A stretch of DNA of 57,353 nt, filler included, from Catajapyx aquilonaris (taxonomy: Eukaryota): assembly GCA_000934665.2 (NCBI GenBank). It is 4 parts of 4 records of this genome, joined end to end, with 100 filler letters (N's around TTAATTAATTAA, not from the genome) between each part and the next. Parts side by side here need not be neighbours in the genome. Positions count along the whole stretch, not along the records: positions 14,350 to 28,604 come from JYFJ02007840.1; positions 28,705 to 42,950 come from JYFJ02007841.1; 2 more parts are not named here. The stretch is one strand, 5' to 3'. Numbering within the stretch: position 1 is the stretch's first letter; every line of letters begins with the position of its first letter. Both the position numbers and the translations under genes were made by a program. The notes under the pieces are model-generated. The model made no database searches, was not told the origin of the DNA, and saw only the letters and a list, made by a program, of their open reading frames with translations. Below are positions 21,570-35,300 of the stretch, one piece after another.

Positions 21570-23156
21570 ATGGACGTTGTGGACAGTTCAAATCAAAAGG
21601 TAAGACCAACAGAGCATTTCGCAAACATTTTGGTCAGTCCGGCCAGCACAATAAATACAAATTGGGAAAATTAAAGATGCACTTTTAAGTGTTACCATTT
21701 AAATATCTAACATTTTTGATAGAAATATTTCCAATCTCTACCCTGAAATTCAGCTAATATTTTCCTTGGCATTAAAATAGTTCAGTAATATTATTATGTT
21801 ATATTTTTAAATTCCATAATGCTTCCTGAATATATTGGAAAGCCACTCACACCATTGCTCACCTCTTCCAATTATTACAATACATTATCAACTACTTGAC
21901 TTAAAAAATTCAGTAATATATTGCTTCAATGTATACCGTTACATGAAAAGTCATATTCAGGAGTTGTTGGAAAAATATGTGACAGATATATGCAATTATT
22001 GGATCTTAATTAATGTGGTTGTCCCTTCCAGGCTGGACAAAAAGGAATCGACTCATTCCCAGACGAACTACTGCTGAAGATATTCTCGTATCTGCCCCAA
22101 GTGGACCTGGACAAGTTGCATCTGGTGTCCCCAAGATGGGAGAGGATAGCCCAAGATCCTGTGATCCAGAAGAAGATAGTCATCGACCTCAACAAGATAG
22201 GCAACAAAGAGCAGACTCTTGCAAAGCTCCGGAAGATGAAGAGTTTGAGTGATGTGACCATCAAGAGTTGGTCCAGGGTTTATTGCGACGAGTTTCTGGA
22301 CGCAATATCATCCAACTTGGACACCCTCAAGATGGTTTGTGTTGGAATCGCACGGGAAAAGAGTCTGGTTGGCCTAATTCAACGATCCCCACAACTGAGG
22401 GTCGTCCACATACAACTAACCCGGGTTTTTAGTGTCGGAAATGAGATTCAACCTCATCAACACATCATGGACATGATTGCTCCCTGCACCAACCTGGAGA
22501 GTTTGCACGTGGACCAGATCCGTGGCACCAAACTTGACAGCAACCTGACACGTCAATGGGGCAGCCTGAAGAGTGTGACTTTTGGACTAGATGACTGCCA
22601 CTCAGCAGATCAGCTGTTGGCCTTGCTACCTTCCACTGTCCGGAGACAGATCCGACACATCTCTGGTTATTTTGAAGTACCTCAGACCTTGCTTGACATT
22701 GGACAGTTCCAGGGGCTGGAATCACTGGATTTACACTGCAGCTGGATCACCGACAGGGTATTCGTGGAGGGTGTCAGCAGGCTGCTCAACCTGCGTCATC
22801 TGACAGCACATTTATGCAGGAAGCTGACTCCAGATGCGATCAAGGCCTTCTTCTCCGAGCAGCACATCATCCGCCAGCTGGAGACTCTCAATCTCGTCGG
22901 CTTCTCTCAACTGGACGATTCCTGCCTGGAAGTCATCTCCAGATGCGTGTCTCTCAGGGAGGTCGTGCTGACCGGTTGTAACAGCATCACCATCTCTGGA
23001 CTGCACATTCTGAAGTGCAAAGTGGACAAGGTGCAGGCCATTCGGTGCGAAGAAATACCGGCACATCTAGAGGAGAGAAAGAAGAGGTTCATGTTACATT
23101 TTTGTGTGTTTGCAGCAGCAAAATTGCTCATGACATACTTGAGCATGCAGCATTAA
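21570..23156 (+). CDS. F-box/LRR protein (FBXL-like) B, about 384 aa, 2 coding exons
   Basis: Exons 21570-21599 (MDVVDSSNQK|gtaag) and 22032-23156 (ttccag|, phase 0). F-box FPDELLLKIFSYLPQVDLDKLHLVSPRWERIAQDP; LRRs such as LESLDLHCSWITD, LETLNLVGFSQLDDSCLEVISRCVSLREVVLTGCNSIT. Confidence 0.9.
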
Positions 23157-23988
23157 TTACGAGCATCATGTTTTATTGAATAATCATCTTGAATGTATTG
23201 CAAACATGAATTTTCATTCCATTTGGATTTCATTGCAGTGGAAATGTTCAGAATGTAATTAAATGCATTTGAAGCTCATGATGTCCTAATTTTTTTTTCT
23301 TTTATGTGTCAGTACATATGTATTGTGTTAAAAAATGCAACATCCTTTTATGAACATTTTTTTGTTTTAATAATTTTATCATGAAATCATTTGTGTACGG
23401 AAATAAATCAAACATTTTGAACCCAATTTGAACAGTGCTTCATTCCATAAGCAGTTTATTACCGACTGGATATTATTTTGGAAACAAAGTTCTACAGATT
23501 AGGCTTCTTAATCTAAGATCAACTAAATATATAATACAAATACTTACAACATAATTTTAATGAGATGCCATAAACTAATAGCACCGGATTTAAATCACTT
23601 TCCTTCAGCTTACTAGAGTGAAGCCCATTGAAAAGCCCACACTGTTTCCCATGGCATAAAATAACAAAGTTCACATAATCCTGCAATAAAAGTAGTTTAC
23701 ATAACTGCTTCATCTCCGGTTAATGTTATACAAAGAGTGTGCCTTCCAGCCCATCACATGGTGCTTACATTTGGAAAAATAAAGAGAGTATGCATTCAAG
23801 GCGTTGCAGGATGTACACAAATTTCAGAAGGTGTCTTTTCATTCAATTTATTTCGCATTTGCTACACAAAAAGTGAACATATGACAACACAGCAACAAGT
23901 GTTTCATACAGTATATGGGTGTTACGCGGCAAACATACTTACTCACAAGGGACATTTCCCGGGTGATAATGACGGATCTTGATGAAAC

Positions 23989-24744
23989 TTAACATGCTAA
24001 TAGAGGACAATATATGATTACCAAAAATGAAATATTTTGGGCTGAGGCTCATATTTGCAAAAGTTATGACGTCTAAATGTGATAAAAATAATACATTTTA
24101 TTCATACACAATGGGATCACATTAGCGACTGCATATAATGACGTTGAAGTGTGTAAACAGGTTTTAGATTTTTTATCATTGGAAAAAAGTCTGATAGAAT
24201 GGCTCTGTCCGTCCGTCTGTGGACAGGTATCAAGTCCTAAACCGTAAGAGATATCGACAAATGGTTTTCATATTCGGATTAAGCGTGACCAAAATAGGTT
24301 TCATGGTCAACTTCCGGTGATCCGCCACTCCCGGTTTTCCAACGATAAATGGCCAGTAAAGTAGACTTGTGCGGATGAAGTGAACCTAGAAAACCGGAAG
24401 TGGTGGATCACCGGATGTTGATCATGACACCTAAATTTTGGCCATGCTTAATCCGAATATGAAAACCGTTTGTTGCTATCTCTTACGGTTTAGGACTTGA
24501 TACTGTCCACAGACAAACGGGCGGACAGAGCTGCTGTTCCATAGGACTTTTTTATGATGAGAAAAAATCTCAAACCTGCCTACACACTTCAATGTTATTA
24601 TATGTGGTCGCTAATGTAATCCCATTGTGTATGAAAATGAATTATTTTTGGCACTTTAAGATGTCATAACTTTTGCAAATATGGCCTTCAGCCTGAAACA
24701 TTTCATTTTTTGTTATCATATATTGTCATCTATTAGCACGTTAA
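23989..24744. mobile_element. Foldback/MITE with inverted arms of about 350 bp
   Basis: 23989-24340 is the reverse complement of about 24390-24744, with a loop of about 48 nt; the right arm is cut where the hAT end begins. Confidence 0.85.
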
Positions 24745-24745
24745 A

Positions 24746-27416
24746 TAGTGCTTGGAGCCGCTCAGGCTCCACCTAAGTAGCTAGGTTAGGGTTAAAAGAG
24801 CATCACAGGTGAGTCTGTCATGGAACTTTTTTTTAAGGCTCTGCCAATGCTCTTGTGATGCTTCTTACCAACAAAAAAGCATCACAGGAGCATCAAACGA
24901 GAATCGCAAGAGCATTAAAATGGATGTTGCATGAGAGACTCACAAGTGATGTTCTTTTAATGTTTTGCGATTCACAGTGTAGACATAAACAAATGATTGC
25001 AGCGCCCAAGGAGTATGTCACTCATGAGGGCAGGCGTCATCTTGCTCCTCAGCATGGAGAGAATGCTGCGGAGGTGGCTAAACAATCTCTCCACGTTGAC
25101 TTGCGTCATGGGCACTGCTAAAATGGCTCTGGCCAGCTCGTAGAGTGCAGGGTCACTAGCTGCTCTGGCCTCCCAGTACTCTAAGATGTTACTACTGGTA
25201 GTCAGAGTGCGAGTGGCACGTGCCTGCCCTTTGGACACTCGCAACAATCGCAGGACGTCACTAAATGGATGTACAGTTTTTGCACCGACATCCATTTCCT
25301 GCATAATCATATCCTCAATATCTTCTGGTGCATCCCCTGCCGTGCTGCTAATGCCGGTGAATTGCTCTGTGGGCATGTCTGAGACAGTGGCACAGTTGTG
25401 ATCCTGACTGAAGTCTGTACACCACACGTGTCGGATGTGCCGCCACACCTGGAGGAGATGCTCTTCTTCTTTCTTCTCTGCCTCACCTTTGACTAATGGG
25501 CTATAGCGCAGGTCCATGTACAGTGCTGGTGAGAATGCCTTGTTATCGAACAGCTGCTCATCCCGTTTGTCCATGGCGGTGAGTAGGTCAGCCGATAGGG
25601 CACTCCCAACCTGCGAGAAGACACACAATGTGTTATTTTACTGTGCTTCTCATGTATGCAGACAGTGGTTTTGTCCCAAAATATATGAAGGCACCTTGCG
25701 GGTTTCCAATTTGCAGCGCATCCATAGGCCAAAGCAATCGCCAACTGTGACTTGCTCGCTCTGCAAAGACTTGGTAGCAATCTTGGCGGGCTCCGGACAG
25801 GCAGCGAGGTCGCCTATCATTCTGGTCGCACATCTCATCAGTAAGGTGCGTGTTGTCTTCCGATATTACCTCTCTGATCACATCTCTAAGTTTCTGCACG
25901 CTGCATAATCATAGGTGGAGCTCCACCTTGTCACGCAGTCCAACACTGGTCGGGTGCGGCCTAGTTGCTACAGGAGGTTGGACACCGTCAAGCCTTGACA
26001 CCGTGCAGGTACGAAGCGTTACGGCGACCCGTCTGACCGTTGCTATTGCCTCCTTGACCGGCGGTTTCTTTAAGACGTCCCCCACGGCCAGCTGGAGGGT
26101 GTGCGCTTTGCGCTGCACCCCAACCACACCTAAGCCCAGGATGGCCCGTTCAGGAACAGCTACAGATTAGGGACGATTTCATAATGTTCATATTATCGTT
26201 AGGGGTTGCAAAGGAAAAAGTTTGGGAATCACTGGTCAACTGCAATAGTGCAACTTCAGTGACATGCTTCGCACGAGTTAACAACTCTTTCGTGATGATT
26301 GAACGTAACGAGACTTATTCATTCACGCGGTGGGCAGACATACTATGCGGTAATGGAAGTCGTGTAATTGCAGGGATGTAATAAGTACCATTTAAGAGCG
26401 ACGAAAGTCCTTCGACGGTGACATTGGAGTCCTCTGCGTCGTCTGAGTCTGAGTCCCATTCCTGCGGAGCCTCCTGAGCTGCACTAGCCTCGGCGCTCAG
26501 TAATGCCACCGCCTTCATCATGTTCGCCGAGTTGTCTGTCGTTACGCTGTACATGCTGGTGGGACCCGTGGGTGTAATGCCATACTGCCGGAGGACTTCA
26601 TACATCTCCTTCCTCAGGTTCGATGCCGTGTGTCGCTTCGTAATTTCTTGCACACACAGGTTGCGCAGCATGATCTTTCCCTTGCTCATGTACTGGATGT
26701 TTACGCCCATCACCTGCCTATCCAGACGACTCGCCGTGTCCACTTTCACACAGACAAGTTTTCCTTCCACCTCTTCTTTAATCTGAAGGCGCAAGGCCCG
26801 CACCTTTTGCGATATTTCAACCTTGAATGAGACAAGTTTTACTTGCATGGCAAGACTTAAACCACACGCAGTCAACAATGTTTTCATTTACGCAAATTAT
26901 ATATTGGGGTAGGTACGTAGGTTTGACACATGTACTGTACCTTGAAGCGGTTGATGACCCAGTGCTCTCCTTCAGCCACCCCGCGATTCAGACCATCCAG
27001 GATTGGGTCAAGAATGGCTCTGAACTCCGAATCGCGCAGCACGCTAAGTGGACAGCCGCTCACTGTCACAAGTTCAGTACAAGCCTTGGCTACTCTGTTC
27101 TTGTCGATGCTCATGCCAACAACTCCTGTCCCTGTGGCCTTTCGCTTCGGCACTCTCTCTGCCACTGATCTGGATCGCTGGGGCTATTGCTGGAGGCAGA
27201 GGGCGTCCTTGGTAGCACCCTCCTGGATGTGTCCAGCCCAAGAGCTGCGGCCCATTCTGGATGCCTTCGCTTAATGTGGCATCCCAAATTGCCCTGTACA
27301 GGTACCAATATTGCATAAGTCACTGCCGTTCAGCAAACACGTAGTAAAAGATGATAAATGCTTTGGCCCTGAGGAGCATGCTTTTGAGTTGATCACTGAA
27401 ATGGGGCTCTTGTGAC

Positions 27417-27502
<86 letters not shown>

Positions 27503-28604
27503 TCATACTCCGTTATCAGCCAGCGGCTCTTTAGGGGAGAAATTTTTGTTTTATTGACTGGAACTCTTCGCTTTCATATTACTTTTGCTTTTTGGGATAG
27601 GATAGGGATGGAAGGAAGCAGATGTGGCCTGATGTTACGGACACGACCCCAGAACTATCCTGGAAGGACCGTGGGAAACCACAGAAAACCACGGTCAGGG
27701 TCGCCGGCCCCGGGATTCGAACCCAGGACCTCCCAATTAGCAGGCAGACTCCATATCCAATACACCAACCTGCTTCGGTGGGCTCTTGTGACATTAATCA
27801 GTTGTGCAATATTAATGCTTATTAATGTTACTGACGGCCCCCGTTGTCGTCACCGGAGATGGCAAAATAACCTTTTCGATTTTATAGTTAAGAAACAGCT
27901 GTCGCTGTCGTCCTGTTCCAGTAGCATGTTATACATAATATGGTCATAGCTAGTGAAGGCGACTTAAATGTCGCCTCTTTCACTACAAGGATTGGGAAAT
28001 ACTTTTCAATGTACTCAACAATGTGCTCGAACTATTAGCAATGCCCAGGGAAATGTCTGTTACTGTACTATATTGGAAAAAATATCTGGACGGCTGTGAA
28101 GTGTGGATCCATTACATTTCGTCCGGATCTTTTCTTCTGATAGTACATGCCTCACCTTCATAACAACGCCACATCTTTCCTTCTTCCCAAGTTTCTCTGC
28201 GTCGACTGTGCAAGTGGATGTGTCCGCCGCCTTACGCATACAGTTGGTGAACACATTCGTCCAATGTTACGGATTGACCTGTGACCCTCCGAGGCCAGAC
28301 TGACTGAGCTTGACTGGGCGCTCATGCTAAAAAGTCTTTGAGCAACATTCGCAACGTAACAGTTCATGATCTTCAATTCCTGGTGCTTCCGGCTGATTCA
28401 TCTGAAAAGTCAAAAGTATTTATTTATTTATTTATTTTTTTTATTATTTTTTTCCTACCCCGTACTCAGGCGTGCGCCTGTATTGGGGGACACATACACA
28501 CTCTCTTTTTTTTTTACAGTTTACTTTTGTAGTTACAAATTTGGCAAATTATCAGATGTTTAGAGGTTTCCGGATTACATTGAAAAGTTGATTCTTTTAT
28601 TTAC
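24746..28604 (-). mobile_element. Decayed hAT DNA transposon (transposase pseudogene at about 24972-27350); far end not seen before the spacer
   Basis: Frameshifted fragments in the expected order: BED finger remnant (LCNIGTC...GNLGCHIKRRHP), ELVTVSGCPLSVLRDSEFRAILDP, VKVDTASR, HTASNL, SVTTDNSANM, AHTLQLAV, ATKSLQSE, and the hAT dimerisation domain LEYWE...LARAILAVPMTQVNVERLFSHLRSIL. Candidate TIR tagtgcttgg at 24746. The upstream extent is uncertain. Confidence 0.85.
27419..27779 (-). mobile_element. tRNA-derived SINE inserted in the hAT
   Basis: Minus strand A-box-like tggtgtattgg and B-box ggttcgaatcc; (ATT)n tail at 27419-27503; 15-bp TSD gggctcttgtgacat at 27404-27418 and 27780-27794. 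Confidence 0.92.
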
Positions 28605-28704
28605 NNNNNNNNNNNNNNNNNNNNNNNNNNNNNNNNNNNNNNNNNNNNTTAATTAATTAANNNNNNNNNNNNNNNNNNNNNNNNNNNNNNNNNNNNNNNN
28701 NNNN
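28605..28704. other. Artificial spacer (N44-TTAATTAATTAA-N44)
   Basis: Identical to the other two spacers. Confidence 0.97.
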
Positions 28705-29208
28705 TGAGTGAATGTATATGTGTATCAAGGGAAGTCTTCCCTCAAGTACCCTTAGGGGTGAAATGGGAATAAAATTATTATTATTATTATTATTATTATT
28801 ACTTGTATTATGGGACAGTTACAGGCGTGGTATTATGCCTAAACCAAGAAACAACTCAGAGGGCCGAGTTACATGGAGTGCTCAATTTTTTTTTAAAAAA
28901 AATGATACCGCATTATGCACCTTCGCATAATGCAACACCCTTCCCTCAAAAGGCCGTCCGCCATAATAGTCCCCGGCCAGAAGGAGGGTGACCCGAGGAG
29001 GCTCAGCTCGGCTCAGCTTTTTTCTCTTTCTTTCTTCCCCCATCTCCAAAATCCCCCAGTATGTAGCTCAGTGTGCGCATGGCCACCTAGAGACGTATCT
29101 TATACAGACGTGTCTCTATAGGTGGCCATGGTGTGCGCCAGAGGGTGGGTGTGGGCAATCATATTGGCAAAATTGTAATTCAATAATTCCATTCGCTACC
29201 ATTTGAAG

Positions 29209-29449
29209 GGGTTAGTGCCATAACGTGCTAAGCCACACTTTTGTGTTTTTTGAGCTTGCACGTGTCTGAAAGTCCCACCATCGTGCTTCACAAGTGGGCA
29301 TCACGTAGTTAGAAAAATTCCCCATAGATCACGAGAAAATCACGAATAATGTTCCTTGTTTTGTATGATTTGCCATATTAAGCCAAACTTTTGAAAGCCC
29401 ATATCTCAGAATGAAGGTTTTGTGGCTTAGCACGTTATGGCACTAACCC
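29209..29449. mobile_element. MITE
   Basis: Perfect 29-bp TIR gggttagtgccataacgtgctaagccaca / tgtggcttagcacgttatggcactaaccc. Confidence 0.8.
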
Positions 29450-30277
29450 ATTCATTTATTAATGTTCCATTACATTCAACTTCAAGGCGTTACTTTTCAA
29501 TAATTGTCAATAATGTGTTGGGAAATATTACGCACAAGGAAAATAATTATGTGAAGCTTGCAAAATATTTAGCTAGTAATTTGCAGATTCTTGCTTGTGT
29601 TGATCGCAGGAAAATGAGTCGTATACACGTCGATGGCTGGGTCTGGACTGAATGAGTGCTTCCAGTGCACCAGTCCAATGAGCCTTTCATTTAGCATGAG
29701 CACTCTTAATTCTCACTTGTCAGGTAATGACACGCGGTCCTCCAACATGCGGGCCCCTTCAGGATTCATAATGTACAGTATTGATTACAAAGGAAAGTGC
29801 ACTTGACAAAATAATGAGTTAATGACCAATGCATTTCCATATGTAGTCTTAGTGTTTGAGAGTGCACGCGAAATTTTGATTGCGAATTGTGGAACTACGC
29901 AATGGCCCCAATTCTCCCATTTGCACGTCATTATCTCAATTTAGAGATGTAAAATAATGATGAGCCAATGTAATTAAGTGTGTATTGATCTTACTCTATT
30001 CAAGGCCGAACATTACATGATAATAGTTCCAAACATTGTGCGTAAAGTGTAATGGAATAATATATCCTATACGTACTGTACCTATATACCAATGCGATAG
30101 ACGTGTTAATAATGCCATCGAAAATACTGTACAGCATAAGTAACGGGTAAGAGAATAATCTCAGAATTCAAGCTGTGCAGTTAATAATTAATAGTAGATT
30201 ATGCAATGATAAAGAGGCTGCATAACTGTGGGCATATGCTATGCAACAATAAACTCATTGTTCTCATGCAAATGATG

Positions 30278-31925
30278 TTAAGAGGACATTTTGAATTGAG
30301 CAAGTATTACGAGATATGTAGTAACTGCGCCTGCCACCTGTAAAGAAAGGAACACAATCAGGTACGAATATTAACTGAAATTATTAATTACAGAGTTAAA
30401 CATAGTTACACTTCCCGAGTCCTTGGTTAAGAGTAGGGAAATAGAAAAGTTATGGCGTGTTTACTCCAATGATGAGTCTAAAAAGAGGGGACAATCACGA
30501 CAAGGAGTGTTACTGCTAACTGGTTGCTATTATTTAAATAGGTTGCTAGAGTAAACTTCTATCACTTCTCATTTTCTCCTTCTCTGTAACTGCGGATTAT
30601 GTGCAAAATTTCAGAGCTGAGAAAAGCTTAATTGAATACTCACAGTGACTATAATCCCACTTCGAATTCGAAAGAACCATGCCGATATTTCTACTTCCGG
30701 ATGAGTCACCTTTGATATCAAATCACGAATTAGTGCTTTATCCTTACTTCCAATCGATGTCACGTCCACTTTGCGAAGGTCATACAACATGGACGAGGCC
30801 TGTCGAACATGACAAAAAATGCGGAGTAAATTAGTGGTACAATAAGTTTCGAACTGATAATGCGAATTGGTGATCTGTTTTTTTTTCCCTCTGACCGTGA
30901 CTTCAAAGCAAAAACGAGATGGGACATTACAGAAACGGTATATTTGCGGTGTACCATACCTCAGAGGGTAGTTTCTCCATAATACATGTGGCAAACACCA
31001 GGACGAACACTCTCACTCCAGTAAAGATGAAGCCCTTCCACGAACCAGCATCATAATGGCCAGCTACCAATAAGTAGAAAGCCTCTGTGGTGATTTCGAT
31101 CACAAGGTACAGGTATGTTGTCGCCAGTGACAGGCCGTATGTCTGGTTCACGCAGGCCACTGACTCGCAAAGGTCGTCATATGCACCGGTAAGACGGGTT
31201 AAAGGTCGAGGGAATTGCTCCATGGCAACCGACAGCACCTTGTTTCGATCAGAAAATGAATTTGGCATAGTTCGGATCACATCGCGAATGTCACTAATCA
31301 CTGAAGAAAATCGAAGCCTAATTGATTCGGAGAAAAACGCCGCTTGCATCAGTGGTATGTACGGAATGAAAATGTACACGTCAAACAAATCTTTGAATGC
31401 GAAACCAGTGTCTTCCAAGAGGTCAGCCACAACGTGGATCAGAATAAAAACTGCAAACGTGGCCACGTAAGCCAGACTCGCTATCTTCATCTTCTGGTTC
31501 ACATTGGAGCGATTCACACTTCCCATCACTCCGTCGAAATCGTGCAGTCTATTCACCAGACTGCTTGTTCCTGCAAAATTGACCTCGTTTATTGCGTAGA
31601 CCGCGACCACTGCCAAATTAACCGTGAAATATTCCGTGATGGTAATTACGCCTTGGACTGATTGAGTGGAGATGTCCTCCCAGTTGTTTGGTCTGAATTC
31701 GAGTAGATGCCATAGGATGTTGGTCACCACAACAATGATTGGACCCAACAATGAGAGAAGCCACGTCCTCTTGTACGGCTTCTTGTAGGTGTTGGCCACT
31801 GGGAAGAGTCCGAACATCCTGGAAGCGATGACCAAGGGACGTAGAGAGTCGTACACGTCCATGGTTTTGCTTCTGATCAAGTGACACTTGTCGTCCACTC
31901 TGGTGGCCTTTCTCTTATTAGTCAT
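30278..31925 (-). CDS. Gustatory receptor (7tm_7 chemoreceptor family), about 393 aa, 3 exons
   Basis: Exons 30960-31925, 30644-30799 and 30278-30337 with phase-0 GT-AG introns. N-terminal SLRPLVIASRMFGLFP, several hydrophobic segments, YDDLCESVACVNQTYG, HPEVEISAWFFRI and the diagnostic TM7 motif TYLVILAQF. The start could be the ATG at 31863 instead. Confidence 0.93.
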
Positions 31926-32346
31926 GCGCCTCGTGTGATTCCCCAGCTGTACAGTACCACCAAGAGTTGGTGGATGGGCAGTGCTATTTCATGACAATCG
32001 ATCTCATGATTAAAATAGTGCATTGTGTCTTGTAGCCTTTGCTTCATCTAGAATTATTGGGTCATCCGTCAATATTCCGTTAACCTCCCACGCCCAGTGA
32101 AAATTAATGACTCCTTTTGCCAGTATAGTGCTCGATTTACTATTATTTTAATAGAACTCGTTAAGAAAACAATAGTGCTCTTTGAGCTTTTCCACCTGCA
32201 ATATCACATTCATAATTCACAATGAGTGAGTGCAAATTGCTCAAACATTTCACTATACAGAATAACATTGTATACATTATTTTATTGCCAACTCGTCGGA
32301 TGCAACAGAGCCCTAAGTACATTATCAGTATCTCTACTGTCTTTTA

Positions 32347-35300
32347 CTATACATCTTTCATAAGAGCAAGCTGCAAGACTGGGATGACAGCAATGGAAGA
32401 GAGGTCAGCCAAAACTGCCTCTAATCCAGGCTGGGTGTGAACTTGAAGAAGGTTGTCCCTCCGAAGAGAGAAGATGGACACGGCCAGGAGTGCCAGTGGC
32501 TCCAGACTGTCGTAACCCAACAGGAGATCCCACAGGAGAAGAAGTTGTTCGGACGGGAGATACCCGCTGAATCCCAGGATCAACCAGGGAAACGACAGCC
32601 TCAGTCTGAGTCAGAGAGGCAGGGTCAAGTCACTGTGAGGGGGTCACCCATATAGATACTCACGGCTGGATGTTGAGTGACCTGAGGTGCTGCCAGATGC
32701 AAGGCTCGTGTCTCTGGAGCAGCCTCTCAAAGAGGAGGCAGATGGCTAGGAGGCCTTGAGGATGGGAGCTGACCTGGTGAAGTCGGAACCACAGTCTCTC
32801 ATACATCGCCTTGAAGCACAGGTGCATCGAAGGAGCATCGGATATCACGTAACACAACGGTGAAGCTGCAGAAGAAGCACAATTATTCGTGACCTTATGT
32901 CGCACAAACCACACACAATATCTTACCATACATGGTGAGAGAATGAAAAGGAAGTAATCCGGATGGTGGAAAGATGACCGCAGATTCGACCTCGGGAGCT
33001 GACCTGCTTTTAAGCAATGCTCTGAGAGGGTTGTGCGAACCGTGTCGCAAGAGGCTTAACATCTCCGTGTCTCGACTAGAGCAGAGGAGGACCTGTCGAA
33101 GGATGTCGCCGAACACAAAGTACTGGTCGTCGTTGGACGCCGTCATTTCCACGTCCTGTCGAAACAATACGAACGTGTCGGTTCACACGGGAATAAAATT
33201 TAATTCACCTTAAGAATGAGGCGGTCTGTTATGAGGTCAGTCTTGATGACCATCTTCTTCAGCTCCTCAAACCGATTCTGAGCTTCAGGGGTCAGGATGG
33301 CTCCCAAGGCCTGGACCCAAATCTTTCCTCTCAGACTCAGCGGACATCCCTTTTTCAAAAACTCTTGGGCGACTGGAGCGTATCTGCTGGCCACAACTAG
33401 CACACAAAATATTATTATTAATAGACTAAAAATTGCAGACTAAAAAATTATGCCAACCTTTTTCGCCTAATCTCATTCTTTCCTCCTCAAGGGTAATGTC
33501 ACGAGAAGCTGCAGGCATTTGAGGTTCTACGCCCAAATGAGCCTCGCCTCTTGCCAGTTCTGCCAGTAGATTCCTCTGCAATGAGAAAATTGATATTTAT
33601 TCGTGCTTTATTTATTGTAGGACGTAACGCACTTTTTTCTCATGACTGGATGTACCGTATTGCCACTTACCATTTGCGAAAGAGACCTGACTTTCAGTGG
33701 AACTTGTATCAGACCCAAAAGATTTCCTGGTCGAGTATAGTCGTAGTTTGGACTCCTAACTGCAGATATGACATCTAGGAAGTCACGTGGTGCGTAAAGA
33801 GGTCGGGCACAGCTTAGATCTGGATGGACAAAGGTGGGTATGATCAGCGAAAATCCCGATTAACACTAGAGTTTGCCAGTAAAACTCATCAAGGAACCTC
33901 TGGCTATCGAATCACGCACTAATTGTCAAAAAAAAACAGTTTCGGACACACATATCAGCACTCTATCAAAGACCTTGCTAATGTGCTGATGGTTTGTCCG
34001 GAACTTTTTCTTGACAATGTATAGCACATACCTACGTCCATCATGCTGAGTTGCGTCCAGTTTTGTGTCATCTGACCCTGATGCTGCACCAGCCTGGGCC
34101 TGGCCAAAGGGACGTCCATTTCCCTGGCCAGAGACTGCAGGGACTTGGCAACCCTGCGTTCCCAGTGGGACTGTGCTCTGCGGAGATAGCTGATTGGCTC
34201 TCGCCCTCCGTCTCCTCCAATCAGCTGAGACCCATTCTGCCTCAGCCAATGAAAGACGGCATTGCGAAGCTCGGTTTCAAGGCCGTTGCTGCTCATGGCC
34301 GACACCAGGCTGCGCTTCCAGTCAGAATCCATGCGAACCGACGGAGAAACCGCCGCTGACTGAAAATTATATTTAAAAATATTTTTGCAAGACAATTTAT
34401 AACTATAACTAATAACGTGCCATTTAGGCACCCATGTATGCCTACATTTGAACTTTTAGACGTAATTATTGTGGTCGTCCAACCATAAAACACGCTCCTG
34501 GATAGTTTGCAGGTCATACGTCTTGTCTTCTCCTATTCAGACTTGTTCAGTGGACCACCCTGTAGAACAGTGTCCTATATTCTAATGAGATAATTACGCT
34601 ACTTTGCTGGACTGTACGTTCCAAATAATTTCAAGTAAAATGTGAGAATCATGTTGAGACAGATATTAAAAAGTGCGACCCAATTTGAATCGGGTACAAT
34701 GTTATACTTTGTAAATGACCTACAGACTAAAGGTTATCAGTTGTTGCGTGTACATTGCTCAGGAGCATATCAGGACGTTCGACGTTGTAAGCCACAGCGT
34801 GATATTTTCTTTCGTCGGGACAGGTTGTATGCAAAAAAATTATTATAATATTACATTATTAAAATTTGTTTAAAAATTGAAGTGTGCTGATGGAAGTTTA
34901 ACTTATACGGTAGCCTATTTATTACGCCATGATGTATGCTGTGTATGAAAGTATTTGCCGCAATTTACGCAGAAAACTTTACGTAAAATGACATCCTTAT
35001 TTGGCCAGTTATTAAACTGGCACCCAAAATGTGGTGATTGATAATAATGTAGATTGTAGACAATAAGTAGCGCGGACTCACGGAAATTAGAGGATCGCTG
35101 AAGTGTCACTTCATCCCATCACAGATTCGTTTCTTAGACAATTAGCTTTTAATCAATTGACAACTACTGTAATTGCTGAGGTCTAAATTTAAATTAAAAT
35201 CTCATTGTAATAATCATGCCTGTAGCTCATCATTTCCTGATGGAGACCCTTGAACTTTGTGGTAATGCTTACATAATTATTTCCTCCGGATATGTAGTAC

